A stretch of 63,392 bases of DNA from an uncultured Gammaproteobacteria bacterium. Its GTDB lineage: Bacteria; Patescibacteriota; Patescibacteriia; Patescibacteriales; XYC2-FULL-47-12. The DNA is taken from assembly GCA_964413295.1 (NCBI GenBank), contig CAYPRN010000001.1, positions 1-63,392 on the forward strand. The letters are read 5' to 3'. Positions 31,403 to 46,400 of the stretch are shown here, one piece after another; the first letter of the stretch is position 1, and the number at the start of each line of letters is the position of its first letter. The position numbers and the translations under genes are program-made. The notes below the pieces were generated by a model that had not been told where the DNA came from, searched no databases, and saw nothing but the letters and a program-made list of their open reading frames with translations.

Positions 31403-34400
31403 CCCCACAAATCTACAAATCAATTACAAATACTACAAATATTTTAAAATAAATTTATATAGAATTTGTAAATTTGTGGTAGAACTAAGTTGAAAAAATT
31501 ACAGAACAAGATTAATTTTCTGGAATATCAATAGTAAAATTAGTCATACTTAATTAAAAAAGCGTATTACTAAATATGGTAATACGCTTTAACAGTTTAA
31601 ATAAGGAGCGGAATGCTGGGTAGCCATTTGCGAAGAAACCTCCTCCATCTTCTTGTGAAAAACATGATTTTCACCTCCCCTCAAAGGAATCAAGTGGCTT
31701 GTACTTGAGTTCTAGAAAAATGTTCAACAAAGGCAAATAGTTCTGTAGCAAATGTATATTCAATTGCCCTACCCAGTTTCTTTCTGTGATTTTCAACAAA
31801 ATCAACATATTCACAGAGTTGAATGATTTTATTATAATATCTTTCAACTTTTGGATGTTCCTCATGACCATTTGGAATAGCATTTAAAGCTCGGAGTATT
31901 AAAGCACAGGCGCGTTCTCTCCTTTTATTAATAAACACCCCGTTATACATTATTTCTGCAAGTTGAACTACTAAACGGGCGTTCATAGCCGATAGACGAA
32001 TGTCTTTATATCTTTCATCTGGTGCGCTGGTGTATGTATTAAGACTTTTTTCCAAACCATCTAACATGCGATCAAAGTCAGCTTCCATTTTTCTTTCCTC
32101 CTTTACAGTTCGTTTTTTCTATCTTTTATTTCTTAAATCATTTTTTTTATGCTAACTAGATATTCTTCCATGACCTCTTTGATGTTGTAATTATCGCCTA
32201 TGTTTTCAGTTACTATTAAGTCGTCTGGCATTACATTAATAGCTACTTCAATTACGCTGAAGATTCGTTGCTCTTCATCATGATCAGTTAAGAAAAGAAA
32301 GTTTTTATCTTCTTGAAACATGGTAGCAACTTTAATGCACGAACAAATTATATTCAAACTACCAGTTGTTCTTCTGATGTCGTTATATATTGTTGGCAAT
32401 TGATCAGAATATTCTGGATACATTTCTGCTAAATTTTGTACATCTTTAGCTTTCTCTGTCAATTTAACGATTTTATCAAGCTCGTGTTTTATATTAGCTC
32501 GATTTTTATTAGCATGTTCATGTAATGTCTTAAGACACCTCAGAATACAAGTTCTTCTTGGTGTCTCTCGTTTTTTCCATGCAAATAGAAGAAGAAACCT
32601 TCGAAGTAACGTTTGAATTGATAATCTTGTAGATAACATAATGAGCCTCCTTAAAGATGAAAAGAACGAACATCTTGTTCTAGTTAGTTATATTATACCT
32701 TTTCCCTTGCCTGTGTCAACGAATTTTGATAAAATATAAACATAGTTAAAATTTTAAACCTTAAGCACAAAATTCAAAATAATATCTAAATTCAAAATTT
32801 AAATGTTCAAAACATTATTTTTAAATTTCAATATTTAATATTTGAATTTATTTTGAATTTAGAATTTTGGAATTAATTAAAACTCATGACACTCAAAACA
32901 TACCTAACTATGATGTTATTAGCGACTGCGATTTGTTGGTCAGCTTGGGCAGTAGTAATTAATAGTATTAATCCAGAAACAACCAACTGGATTGGTTTTG
33001 TTTTATTTTATACCAGCCTCTTCTTGTCTTTAGTCGGAACTAGTACTATTGTTGGATTTGTAATTAGATTTGTTGCTTTAAAGCAGGAGTTAGTTTTTCG
33101 ACAAGTAGCAATCGCTTTTCGCCAGTCATTTTCTTTCGCGGCTTTAATCGTGGCTTTATTAATTATGCAGGCATTGCATATGTTAGTTTGGTATAACATG
33201 ATATTTTTAATAATTGGTTTAACGGTGCTGGAGTTTTTTTTGATTAGCTATAAACGAGCTTAAATTATAATCCAAATTAACCTGAATTTTATCCGAATAC
33301 CCCGAATGTTTATTTAGATATATAAAATTATCACACTGTGGTCTCTGCCACAGTCTTCCTCTTAGGAAGGTTTGGAAACCTTAGGTTTCCAAGTTAATAA
33401 AATATTCATTATTTCGCCCTGTGGTCTCTGCCACAGGGGAATAAACAAATTATTTTACAAGGAGGTTATGGTACAGAATAAAAATATTTTATATCCCGAA
33501 TTATCATATAAATTAAATGGTCTATTTTTTGAAACGCATAACACTTTAGGTAGATACAAAAATGAAAAGCAGTGCGCTGATTATTTTGAAGGATTATTAA
33601 AAAGAGAAAGAATGTAGTATGTTAGGGAGTATATATTACCACCATCTTTTGAAAATGAGAAGTTTGGTAGAAATAGAATAGATTTTATGATTGAAAATTT
33701 AATTGTCATTGATTTTAAAACTAAAACTATTATTACAAAAGAAGATTATTTTCAGATGAAGCGCTATTTAGATGCTACAGATAAAGAGTTAGGAATTATT
33801 GTGAATTTTAGACAAAAATCCATAAAGCCAAAAAGAGTATTAAATTCTAATAAATATATAGAACGGCATTCGGAGCATTCGGATTAATTTGTAGACTAGG
33901 ATTATATTATGCAGAGTAAACTTCCAAAAATTTTAACATATTTTTTCATAGCTATATTTGTTTTACAAATAGTAGTGGTATTTTTTTTAGTATTACAACC
34001 AGCCATAGCCGGAGCGGCGCCAACGCAATTACAAGTAGCGATAGACGGGCAGACAAGTGTCAGAGGAATTGCCGAATATATTTCTTTAGTATATAAATAT
34101 GGCACGGGCGTGGTTGGTATTGTAGCAGCTGTAGTATTAATGTTTGGCGGGATATTATGGTTAACTGCCGGCGGAAATACCGGACAAGTGCAAACTGCTA
34201 AGGAGTGGATAAAAGCGGCCTTGTTGGGCTTGATTTTAGCTCTACTTTCTTATATGATTTTATTAACTATTAATCCTGATTTGGTGAGTTTTGATGAAAT
34301 TACCATTAAATCAATTGAAAGTATTCCAAATGAAGATGCTGACGAAGATGATATCGGAGGGCCGTTAGATGAGGGATATAGCTTATCTCCTGGTGATATA

Positions 34401-37400
34401 AATAATTACATGCAGTCTCCTCCTGCCCCTGTTGATTCTCCTCCTGTGAACACAGCCCTTCCACCTGATGACACTCCATATATTACAATTCCAGGTGTAA
34501 GTGATGATGATTATAGGCATGAAGGTCTAAGTGAAAGAGATTTATTAGATCCAGTAGTTAGCGAGAGTGATTTGGGTAATAATTAATAAAACATAATGAA
34601 AAATAAACCTCAACAACAAAACCCTATTAAATTTAATAAAGAGCGTGGCTCAATTAAATCAAAACAATTTAACGGGGTAAATAATTTTTTTGATGTAACC
34701 CTGCCGGGTGAAAAAATAATGAGTGGACATCTACATCCGCTTACTTTAGTTCAGCGTGATTTAGAAAAGATATTTAAGTCTATGGGTTTTATGATTTTAG
34801 AGGGACCGGAATTAGAAAGTGATTATTATAATTTTGAAGCATTAAATATTCCAAAAACTCATCCAGCACGTGATATGCAAGATACCTTTTACATTGAAGA
34901 TAAGGGAAAAGAATTAGATATGGTAATGCGGACACACACTTCTAATGTGCAGGTTCGGGCAATGGAAAAATACGGAGCTCCGATGAGGGCAGTAGCGCTA
35001 GGCAGAATATTCCGTAATGAAGCAACTGACGCCAGTCATGAACATACCTTCCACCAAATTGAAGGTATTATGATTGATGAAAATATTTCTTTAGCAAATT
35101 TAGCAGCAGTTTTAAAAGAAATGTTTACCGGCTTATATCAACAAGAAGTAAATATTAGAATGCGTCCTGGATACTTTCCGTTTGTTGAGCCAGGCTTAGA
35201 AGTAGAAATGAGTTGTGTGTTTTGCCAAGGAAAAGGGTGTTCAGTTTGTAAAAAGACTGGTTGGGTAGAAATGTTAGGGGCAGGATTAGTTCATCCTAAT
35301 GTTTTAAAGCACGGAGGAATTGATCCAAAAAAATATCAAGGATTTGCCTTTGGTACTGGCATTGAAAGATTAGCTATGCTTAAATACGGTATTAATGATA
35401 TTAGATTATTTAATTCAGGGGATTTACGTTTTTTAAAACAGTTTTAGAAAACACAGATTTACACTAATTTTAAACTAATTTTTACTAATATATGAATTCA
35501 GAAAAAACGTTATTAACAGGAGGAGCAACTATGGAAACAGAAGATAGTTTTAACGCAGAAGAAGTGCGTGAAGAAATTAAAAAATTAAGAGATGAAGCTG
35601 TAAAGCAACACGAAGCTGAAATTAAAGATCAAAAAAAAATAAAAAATAATATTCACCGACATTTAGTTAAATTATCTAATGAAGATATAGCAAAAATTCC
35701 TGAAGAACAATTAAAAATGTGGGTTGAAGTAAAAAACTTAGATAAAATGACTGAAGAGGATTATGATTTTTGGAGTAAAAAAATTAGTAAATTTACTAAC
35801 CATGATATGCCCACAGGTGAAGATGTAGTAATAGATACAAAAGACGCTTACAGAAAAGCATCAATTGGTATTCGGTCTTTAATTATTAATACACTTTTAA
35901 AGAAAATGGAAGATAGTGGCTTGTTTGAAAAGAAGCAAGCAGTAAAAAATAAGTAACTATTTAAATATGCAATTATCCCTAAATTGGCTACAAGATTTTA
36001 TAAATATTCCAAGTGAAATAACTCCAGAGAAAATTGGAGAGCTTTTGACTTTGCATACGGTTGAAGTTGAGGAAGTTAAGAAGCTAGGAGAAAATTTGGA
36101 TAAAATTGTAGTTGGTAAAATAGAAGAATTAAAAAAACATTCTAACGCTGATAAACTGCAATTAGCAATTGTCTCTGATGGAAATAAAAAATTTCAAGTT
36201 GTTTGTGGTGGTAGTAATTTATCCGAAGGAATGTTAGTGGCGTTTGCCAGAATTGGTGCTAAAGTAAAATGGCATGGCGCAGGTGATTTAGTAGAATTAG
36301 AGCCAGTGAAAATTCGTGGAGAAAAATCTGAAGGAATGATTTGCGCGGCCAGTGAAATTGGATTGGAAAATTTATTTCCGACTAATGATGAGTGGGAAAT
36401 AGTTGCCCTCACCCTTAACCCCTCTCCCAAGGGGCGAGGGGAAAATATCATTGGTAAACCGTTAGCAGAAGCATTGGGCTTAGACGACATAGTTTATGAT
36501 GTTGATAATAAATCAATGACACATCGGCCTGATTTGTGGTCGCATTATGGTATCGCGAGAGATTTGGCGGTGATTTTAGATTTGAAGTTGAAAGAATATA
36601 ATGCGAATTCTACGAACTTAAATGCGAATTCTACAAACGTGCAAATTAACGTTAAGGCGGAAGATACAAAGTTATGTCCGCGGTATATGGCGGTGGCAGT
36701 GGATGGGATAGAAATTAAGTCGTCATCAGATTTAATTCAAAAAAGATTAATTGCCTGCGGTATGCGACCGATTAATAATATTGTAGATATTACTAATTAT
36801 GTAATGTTAGAATTAGGACAGCCAACTCACGCCTTTGGCGCTTCACGAATCGCCACTAACTCTAAGACGAATTGCCACGAAATAATTGTGCGTACGGCAA
36901 AAAAAGGTGAAGTTATAAAAACATTAGATGGGGAGGAGCGTAAGCTAGATAGCGAGATGCTTTTAATTACTGACAGAAAAAATCCAGTAGCGATTGCTGG
37001 TGTGATGGGGGGAAAAAATTCAGAAATTGATAAAAATACTAATAGCATCATAATTGAATCAGCTAATTTTGACGCTGTGTCTATTCGTAAAACTTCACAA
37101 AAATTAGGATTACGAACTGAAAGTTCACAGCGCTATGAAAAATCATTAGATCCGAATTTATGTGGAATGGCTATCAATAGAATTTTAATTTTAATTAAAG
37201 AATCATGTCCAAAGGCAAAAGTTTCGAGCCATTTAGTTGATGAAAAGAATTTTAAACTTAATCAAGAACCTATTAAGTTAGATATAAAATGGTTGCAACA
37301 AAAGATGGGAGTTGTTATTAAAAAAGATGAAGTAGTAAAGATTTTAAAAAGTTTAGGATTTGAAGTAACGACCCCTCCCCCTCGCCTCGCTGAAGCTATG

Positions 37401-40400
37401 GCGAAGCGGGTAACCCCTCTCCTTAGTAAGAATAGGGGGGTTAATGGTAATATATTTTTAGTAAAAGCGCCGACTTGGCGAGCAACTAAAGATATTTCTA
37501 TTCCCGAGGACTTAGTAGAAGAAGTGGCGCGCATTTATGGTTATAATAATATTCAGCCGGTTATGTCACAAGTTATTATGCAACGGCCGGAAATTAATGA
37601 AGAGCGGGAATTTGTTAATAAAGTAAAAAATATTTTAACAACCACCGGTCTGACAGAAACTTACAATTATTCTTTTGTTAATGAAAAACAATTAGCAAAA
37701 TTAGACGTAAAGTCTGACAACTATCTTAAATTAGCAAACCCGTTGACTAATGAACATACTTTATTGCGCCAAAGTTTAATTCCTAATTTAATACAAAATA
37801 TTATTACTAACCAGCGTAATTTTGAAACAATAAAAATATTTGAGATTGGCAATATATTTTTATCACAAGCTGGGGAATTAAAAAAAGATAACAGTAATAA
37901 AGATAAATTACCAGACCAACCTATGAAATTAGGCTTAGTATGCGCTGGCAATAATAAAGATAATTTTTCAAAATTAAAAGGGGTGGTGGAAAGAGTAGGG
38001 AAATCATGTGGCGTTAATTTTAATTTTACTGAAATTAAATCTGATCAGGGAATATCGTCTGCCGTGCGAATAAATAATAAAGAAGTGGGATTTTTAAATA
38101 CTTTGAGTGAATCAAGAAAAAAACAAATTGGAGTTAAAGTAAATGCCACTATTTGCGAACTTGATATTAGAGAATTTTTTAATGCCTTTAAATCAGCTGA
38201 TTCTAGAAAGTATCAGGCTAAAAATAAGTTCCCTGATTTAATGCGCGACATGGCCTTTGTAATAGATGAAAAAATATTGTATAATAATATTAGAGAAACG
38301 ATTCTTTCTGCCAGCAAGCTAATAAAAGAAGCAGAAGTTTTTGATGTTTATCAAGGAGATAAAATAGGCGTTGGCAAAAAGAATATAGCGCTTCATATTA
38401 CCTTTGGCAGTTTAGAAAAAACTTTAACTGGCGTAGAGGTTGATAAGGTGCAGAATGATGTTGTTAAGATTTTAAATAAAAAATTTAAAGCGCAACTGCG
38501 TGATTTCTAAGTAATAATAAACCGTTGTGTGGACATAAAATATAAATGATTATTTTCAGCCCAAGGCTGATCCCCGCCCTTCGTCGAGCAGGGCGCCTCT
38601 GGCAGAAATCCGAATATTTCCTACTGCTTTACACAAGCACAGATAAATCCGAATGCCCCAAATATTTACTACAAATTCTACAAATTATTTCATCCGAATT
38701 CGTGTCATTCGGATAGTTGCAGGCAGGTGTAGATAATTACAAATCATTCGGATTAATGGTTTACTATATTAATAAATCCATACAAACTAACTTGAACATT
38801 ATGAAGACAGTAAAAAAAATTGATGTTAAATCTGCAGCTAGAGTTTACGGATATTTTTTAGCCATTATCGGATTTTTAACAGCTTTATTAATGGCTGTAG
38901 CTAATAGTGTTAATGTTATTATTTATGAAGAGTTTACGATTGTTTCGGTTATTATGACTACTATTTTTAATTTATTAGTCGGTTGTTTAGTAGGATTAAT
39001 CAGCGCTATGGCCGGTATGATTATTGGTTATATTTCCGGCTCTATCTTAGCTTGGTTTTATAATTTAGCAGTCAGAACAAAGTTTATCGGCGGGATTAAA
39101 ATTGATTTAGACCCTCACCCCTAAGCCCCTCTCCCAAGGGGAGAGTGGAACTTTCTAATGTAAGTTAATGCTAGATTAAATATTTAGATAGTTTAAAATA
39201 CTTATTAATAATAATTTTAAATAAATAAACCCCGAAAATTATCTTTACCGTGAGGCTAGGGAAACCCCCTCTCCCTCCGGGAGAGGGTTGGGGGTGAGGG
39301 CATTATGCTTGAAACATCAAAAGACATTTTATGGATAACCTTGGCAGGTAGTGTTGGCCTGTTTACTCTTTTTGCTTGCTGGGGAATTTTTTATATGATC
39401 ATGATTATTCGCGTGGCATCAAAATCTGTAAAAAAAGTAGAACAGGTGGTAGAAAATATAAATGAAGTTATTAAAACAACTAAAGAAAAAATTGAACATA
39501 GTGCGGCTTACATGTCTGTTCTAGGCGAAGGATTTAAAAAAGTAATGGAAATTGCTAAGGATAGCGGAATAAGCGTAAGTAAAAAGTCAAAAGTCAAAAG
39601 CAAAAAGTAATTTTTAATTTATTAAGAACAGGCTGGAGTGTTCTTAAAAGGCAAAGCGAAGATAAAGAAAGAGTAAGAACGCAAAAAAAGGAATTCAGAA
39701 AAGTAGGTCTATATATTCTCTTGATATACCTTGTCTTTGGATTTTTTGCTGGCGGTGGAATGTTAAAGTTTTCTACAGATCAATTCATTGAGTTTTTTAA
39801 AGATGTTCCATCTGATGCCAGTTTTTGGAAATGTGGTCTTGTTGGCGCTTTTCTCTGGCCATGTGCTATCCCAATATTTTTTGTGAGTCTTTACTTTTGG
39901 TTTATGTTATCAGGTTTAGAGTAAAGTTTAATTATTCATGCCTTGAATAAAAAGCAATTATGCCTGCTACGATTAATTTTTCGTAGCGGGTTTTTTATTT
40001 GCCAACAACGCTTCACTGCAGTATAATACATAGATAAAGGAGGACGAAGATGCAGAAATGTATCTCGTCTTTTAATTATATAGGACAGGAGCGTTGCAAA
40101 TCTTCACGGGATTGCTTCGCCTATGGCTCGCAATGACAGATAAGTTCACTCATCTCCATCTTCACACTCATTATAGTTTGCTTGACGGTTTAATTAAGCC
40201 GAAGGAGCTGGTTAAACGTGTTAAAGAAGATGGGGGAGAAGCAGTGGCGATTACTGATCACGGGACAATGTACGGAGTAATTGATTTTTATCAGGCTTGC
40301 AAGAAAGAAGATATTAAACCGATTATTGGCTTTGAAGCTTATGTGGCGCCGAATGGAAGACATAATAAGCGGGCTAAAGCTGATGAAAAAAAATATCATT

Positions 40401-43400
40401 TAGTGTTGTTAGCTAAAAATTTTATTGGTTATAAAAATTTAATTCAGCTTACTTCTCAAGCGCATCTGGAGGGATTTTATTATAAACCACGGATTGATGA
40501 TGAACTTTTAGAAAAATATCACGAAGGATTGATCGGGATGAGCGCTTGCCTCGCTGGAGAAATCTCTACGATGATTTTGTCTGGACAGGAACAAAAAGCT
40601 AAAGATAAAATTATTTACTACAAAGAACTGTTTGGACCAGATAGTTTTTATTTAGAGATTCAACATCATCCTAATTTACGCGGACAGGATTATGTTAATC
40701 AGGCCTTGATTAAATTAAGCAAGGAATTAAATGTACCGTTAGTAGCGACTAACGATGCTCATTATTTAGATAAGACTGATGCTGACGCACAAGATGTACT
40801 TTTATGTTTACAGACTAAACGCAAGAAAAAAGAAGTATCACGCATGACTATGATGGGTGATGATTATTCAGTTAAGCCGAGTAAACAAATGATAGAGGAT
40901 TTTGCTCATGTGCCGGAAGCGATTGCTAATACTAATAAAATAGCTGAAATGTGTAATGTAGAGATTCCGCTCGGCGAATATCAGCTTCCATATTTTAAAG
41001 TTCCGGCAGGATATAATGAACAAACCTATCTGGAAAAATTATGTAAAGAAGGAATACAAAAAAGGTATGGCGTTGAATATGACAAAATAGATGAAGAAAA
41101 AAAAGAAAGATTGGATTATGAACTATCAGTTATAAAAAAAATGGGTTTTCCTTCTTATTTTTTGATTGTGGCTGATTTTGTTAATTGGGCTAAAGATAAT
41201 GGCATTGTAGTTGGGCCAGGACGTGGTAGCGCGGCTGGTTCTTTTGTTTCTTATTTATTAAGCATTACCGACTTGGATCCGATTAAATATGAATTAGTTT
41301 TTGAAAGATTTTTAAATCCAGAACGTGTCTCCATGCCTGATATTGATTTGGATTTTGCCGATGTGCGCCGTGACGAAGTAATTCATTATGTAGAAGAAAA
41401 GTATGGCAAAGACCATGTGGTCCAAATTATCACTTTCTCCACTATGGCCGCTCGAGGAGCAGTTAGAGATGTCGGGCGAGTACTTGATTATCCTTATGAT
41501 TTTTGCGACGTTATTTCCAAAGCTATTCCCATGTTCAGTTCAATTGACGACGCTTTAAGAACGCCTGATTTAAAACAGCTTTATGCCAAAGAAAAAGGTG
41601 TTAGAGAAATAATTGATACAGCAAAAAAAATTGAAAATGTCATTCGGCACGCTTCGGTCCATGCTTGTGGCGTTCTGATTACTGAAAATCCAGTTACTGA
41701 ATACGCGCCCGTGCAATATGCTTCTTCCAGTGAACAAAATTCCATAGTTTCGCAGTATTCTTTACATCCTGTTGAAGATTTAGGTTTATTAAAAATGGAC
41801 TTTTTAGGTTTGAAAAATTTAACTATCATTGAATCTGCCTTAAAAATAATTAGAAAAACGCGCGAGGTTGATATTGATATTAATAACTTGCCCATGGATA
41901 ATAAGCAAACTTATGAGTTATTACAAAAAGGAGAAAGCACCGGCGTGTTCCAATTGGAATCGGCTGGCATGAAACGATATTTAAAAGAATTACAGCCAAC
42001 TGAATTTGAAGATATTATTGCCATGGTGGCTTTATATCGTCCAGGGCCAATGGAATGGATTCCTGATTATATTAATGGTAAACATGGCCGGAAAAAGCCA
42101 AAATATCTGCACCCAAAATTGGAGCCAATTTTAAAAAAGACTTATGGCGTAGCGATTTATCAGGAACAAATTATGCAGATGGCTCGTGATTTAGCTGGTT
42201 TTACTATGGGTGAAGCAGATGTTTTGCGTAAAGCAGTAGGCAAAAAAATTGTTAAATTACTGGCTGAACAAAAAACTAAATTTATTGAAGGCTGTGTTAA
42301 AAATGGAATTACCGCTGAATTAGCTGAAGAGATTTTTACTTTTATTGAGCCTTTTGCTGGTTATGGTTTTAATCGCGCTCACGCGGCCTGCTATGCGTTG
42401 ATTGGCTATCAGACGGCTTATCTGAAGGCAAATTATCCAACTGAATTTATGGCCTCCTTAATGACGGCTGATCAAGAAGACATTGACCGGGTGCCGATTA
42501 TGATTGATGAATGCAATTCCATGGATATTGAAGTATTACCACCAGATGTTAACGAATCATTTGCCGATTTTGCCGTAGTACCGACCGCAGATGGCTCGCC
42601 TACTAAAACAATCCGCTTTGGTTTGCGCGCTATTAAAAATGTCGGTGGGCATATTACGGAAATGATTATTAATGAACGCAAATCCAACGGTCATTATAAA
42701 GACATTGCTGATATTCTTAATCGAGTGCAAGATAAAGATTTAAATAAAAAATCACTGGAAAGTTTAATTAAAGTAGGTGCTTTTGATTCTATGGAAGAAC
42801 GAGGAAAATTGTTAGCTAATTTAAACAGGATGTTGGAATACAGCCGTGCTATAACCAGTGCGAATCAGCGTGGCCAGGATAGTCTTTTTTCTTTGTCACC
42901 AGAATTAGAAGTGCAAGCCACTATTAAATTGGATGATGCTCCTCCAACAGATAAGCAAATAATTTTAATTTGGGAAAAAGAACTATTAGGATTATATTTA
43001 TCTGATCATCCTTTTAACGAGTATGAAAAAATATTAAAAGGAAAAATTAAGCCATTGTTGTCCATCACCTCTGCAGACGCTGATGAATTTTATAATGTCG
43101 CAGGTATTATCGGCGATATTAAAAAAATCGTTACCAAAAAAAATGAGATCATGTTGTTTGTGCGTTTAGAAAATAAATTAATTAATATGGAAATTTTAGT
43201 ATTTCCATCAATGCTGAAAAAAAATGAGAAAATTTGGCAAGAGGGAAACGCCATTATTTGTCACGGTCGCATTTCTACCAAAGACAATGAGTTAAAAATA
43301 ATCAGTAGCGTGGCTGGACAATTGACTTTAGAAACAGCTAGCCAGATTGCGGAAGTTTTTGTCAGAAATAATAAAGGCAAAGGCCGTAATCGTAATTGGC

Positions 43401-46400
43401 AAAAAAATGGAAACAATAATAATGGATATACAGAAAATAATGTTGCTCCTGTAGCCCCTGTAACACCTGCCATAGCCGTTCCGTTAAAAATAAAAATTAA
43501 TAGCATGAATGATCAAAAAAAATTAAGCAAGTTGAAAAGTTGTTTAATTGAAAACAAAGGGAATAGCAAGGTGTATTTTTATATTCAAAGCACAGATAGT
43601 AAATGGCAGATCGTGGAAACCGGATTTAAAGTTGCTAATAATGAAGAGTTAAAAATTAAATTAAAAGAGTTAGTGGGGGAAGGATGTGTTAAATAAATAA
43701 CTAGGCAGTAGGTAGTAGTGAGTATTCTATAAAAAGTTTTTTCTGCTATTTTTTAAAATAAAAATACTCTGTAAAATTAATTACAGAGTAAATTAGAAAA
43801 TTTAAGCTTTATTTATATTATTAATTTTGTTATTAATTCTACTGTTGCCCCTCCCAAGGCAATAAAAACAAAAAATGAAAAATCTTTTAGCGCGAATTTT
43901 TTACAGATTGGAATAAAAGAACACAAAGGAAAATTAATTATATATTCAAGCAAGGACATGAAGAATACTGCGAAACATATTATTATGCTTAGTATAACAA
44001 TAAAAACCTTGTAACCTCCATAGAACGGGATTATGAAAGGGGTATATAATAAGGCCCCCATACAAAAATTGAACAGTGAATAAGAATTAAACAGTAAATG
44101 ATATAACATAGCTTTAGTCATCTTCTTTCTCCTTTTGTTTTTTTAGGTGCAGTTTATTTGTAATAATATACTATAATATTTATTAAATTTTGTCAACCTT
44201 AGACAAAAAATAACATCTTTGCTAAGATGAAAGCATAACTTTGTTAAATATGTTTATATCTATTTTTATGCCAATCAAAAGGAAAAAAAGCGAAACAGTG
44301 AATTTTAAAGAAAGTTTCCTACAGGAAGGCATGGGCACTAAATCTCGTCCAGTTAAGGCAGAAAAACCAATTAAAACAGCTAAAAAATCCCTATCTTTTT
44401 GGGCAGGGAAATCTAAAAATAAAAATATGTCTAAAACATCAAGGCCAATTAGTATTTATAAAAAAATTGCCGCCAGTTTTATTGTTTTAACATTATTGCT
44501 TGTTTTTGTGGTAGTGTATTTTTCTGTAGTTAGTGTGAAGATTATTATTATTCCTAATAAAGAGCGGACCGCCACCAGCTTTATCGCCACTGTTCAAGAT
44601 GAATCTGTTCAACAGGGTGTTAAGGGTATGGGTATGTCTGGTATAGTAGAAAAAATATCACTTAATGTTAGTGATAAGTTTAAGGCCACTGGTAAAGACG
44701 TAACTGGCACAGAAGTCAGTGGCACCGTTACTATTCATAATACTAGTAAACGAGATCAGCCTTTAATAAAAACAACTCGCCTGCTTTCGCCAGATAATAA
44801 ATTATATAGATTAAAAGAGACTGTGCGTATTTCTGCTGGTGAAAAAATAGAAAATGTAGAAGTTTATGCTGATCAACCAGACAGGGAAATGGAAATCGGC
44901 CCAACTAGATTTACTATTCCCGGATTGTCACCAAGCGCTCAAGAATTGATTTATGCTGAAAGCCAGAAAAAATTTGTATATCAAGAAACTGGCGATACTT
45001 TATTATCAGCGCAGGATATTGAACAGGCAAAAGCAAAATTAAAATTACAGCTAGAAGAAAAAATACAGCAAATTACTGAAGGAGATAAATATAAGAAATA
45101 TGACAATATAGTTTTTGGCGTAAAAAACGAAGAGATTAAATATACCTCTGAAGCAAAAGTAGGTGATGAAATAGAAGAGTTTAACATGGTGGCAACAGTT
45201 GAAGGAACAGCCGTAGTAGGATTTAGCACTGAAGATGTAGCTGAACTGGCGTTATTAAAAGTTTCTGAAGCATTGCCTGATGATAAAGAATTAGAAAGTT
45301 TTAATGAGGATAATTTTGTTTACAGCATTGATCGTCATGATTTAGAAAATAAAACTGCTGATGTAAAAATAGAAGTAGTGGCCCAAATGATTTTAAAAAG
45401 CGATACTGATATTATAAAAACAGATCGATTGGTCGGCTTAACACGAGAACAGCTTGATGATTATCTTTCCAGCTTGCGTGAAATAGCTGGCTATGAAGTA
45501 AAATTTACTCCTCGCTGGATTAATAAAGTGCCTGCTTTAGCTGATCATGTTAAGGTGGAGATAGCGAAATAATCTCGCATAACGTAGAACACATAACACA
45601 TATCATAGAGACGCCCCGAAGTATTTCAGGACGTCTTTTATTGCGTTATTCTAATATAACATTTGTATTCACCTCCGTAGAGACGAGGCAATGCCTCGTC
45701 TCTACTGTGATTATCAAGTATTACCTCATCTCTGCGACATATAAACATAGTAATTTGACTTTTTAATAATATTTGTTATAATACTATTACTTGATAATTT
45801 AGATTAAATTTTATGCAAGAACAGGATTTAAAACAAATTAAAGAAGCAGTAAGAGATGTTGTCAAAAGCGAATTAAGCGAAGTCAAAAGTGATTTAGGGG
45901 GTGTCAAAAGCGAATTAAGCGAAGTCAAAAGTGATTTAGGGGGTGTCAAAAGCGAATTAAGCGAAGTCAAGAATGAGTTTAAAAAAGTCAATGATAAAAT
46001 TGATGAAATATTAATAACCAGTAAAAAACAATTTGATGATCATACAGAACAATTAGAAGAAATTAAAAAAGAAATAGCAAAAAGGCCAACTATAGTAGAT
46101 TTTGAAAGTTGGCGAGAAAAAAAAGTAGTGCCACTCGCAAGAGATATTGATAAATTGAAATATTTACATAAAAAAGAATGGAAAAAATTGCCAGATAGCG
46201 GAGTAGTAAGCAGAGCTTTAGTTGAAGAAGGAATAAAAATTTAAATAAACAAGTGATTGGTGTATTTACCAGATACACTGCTCAAACCTCCTCTAATTCC
46301 CCCTTAGTAAGGTGGAGAAAATAGAGTTTTGAGTATCCCGAATGGCTCGGGACTAAGCTTTATAGAATTAAGTGGTCCGATGTACATCGGACAAATTAGG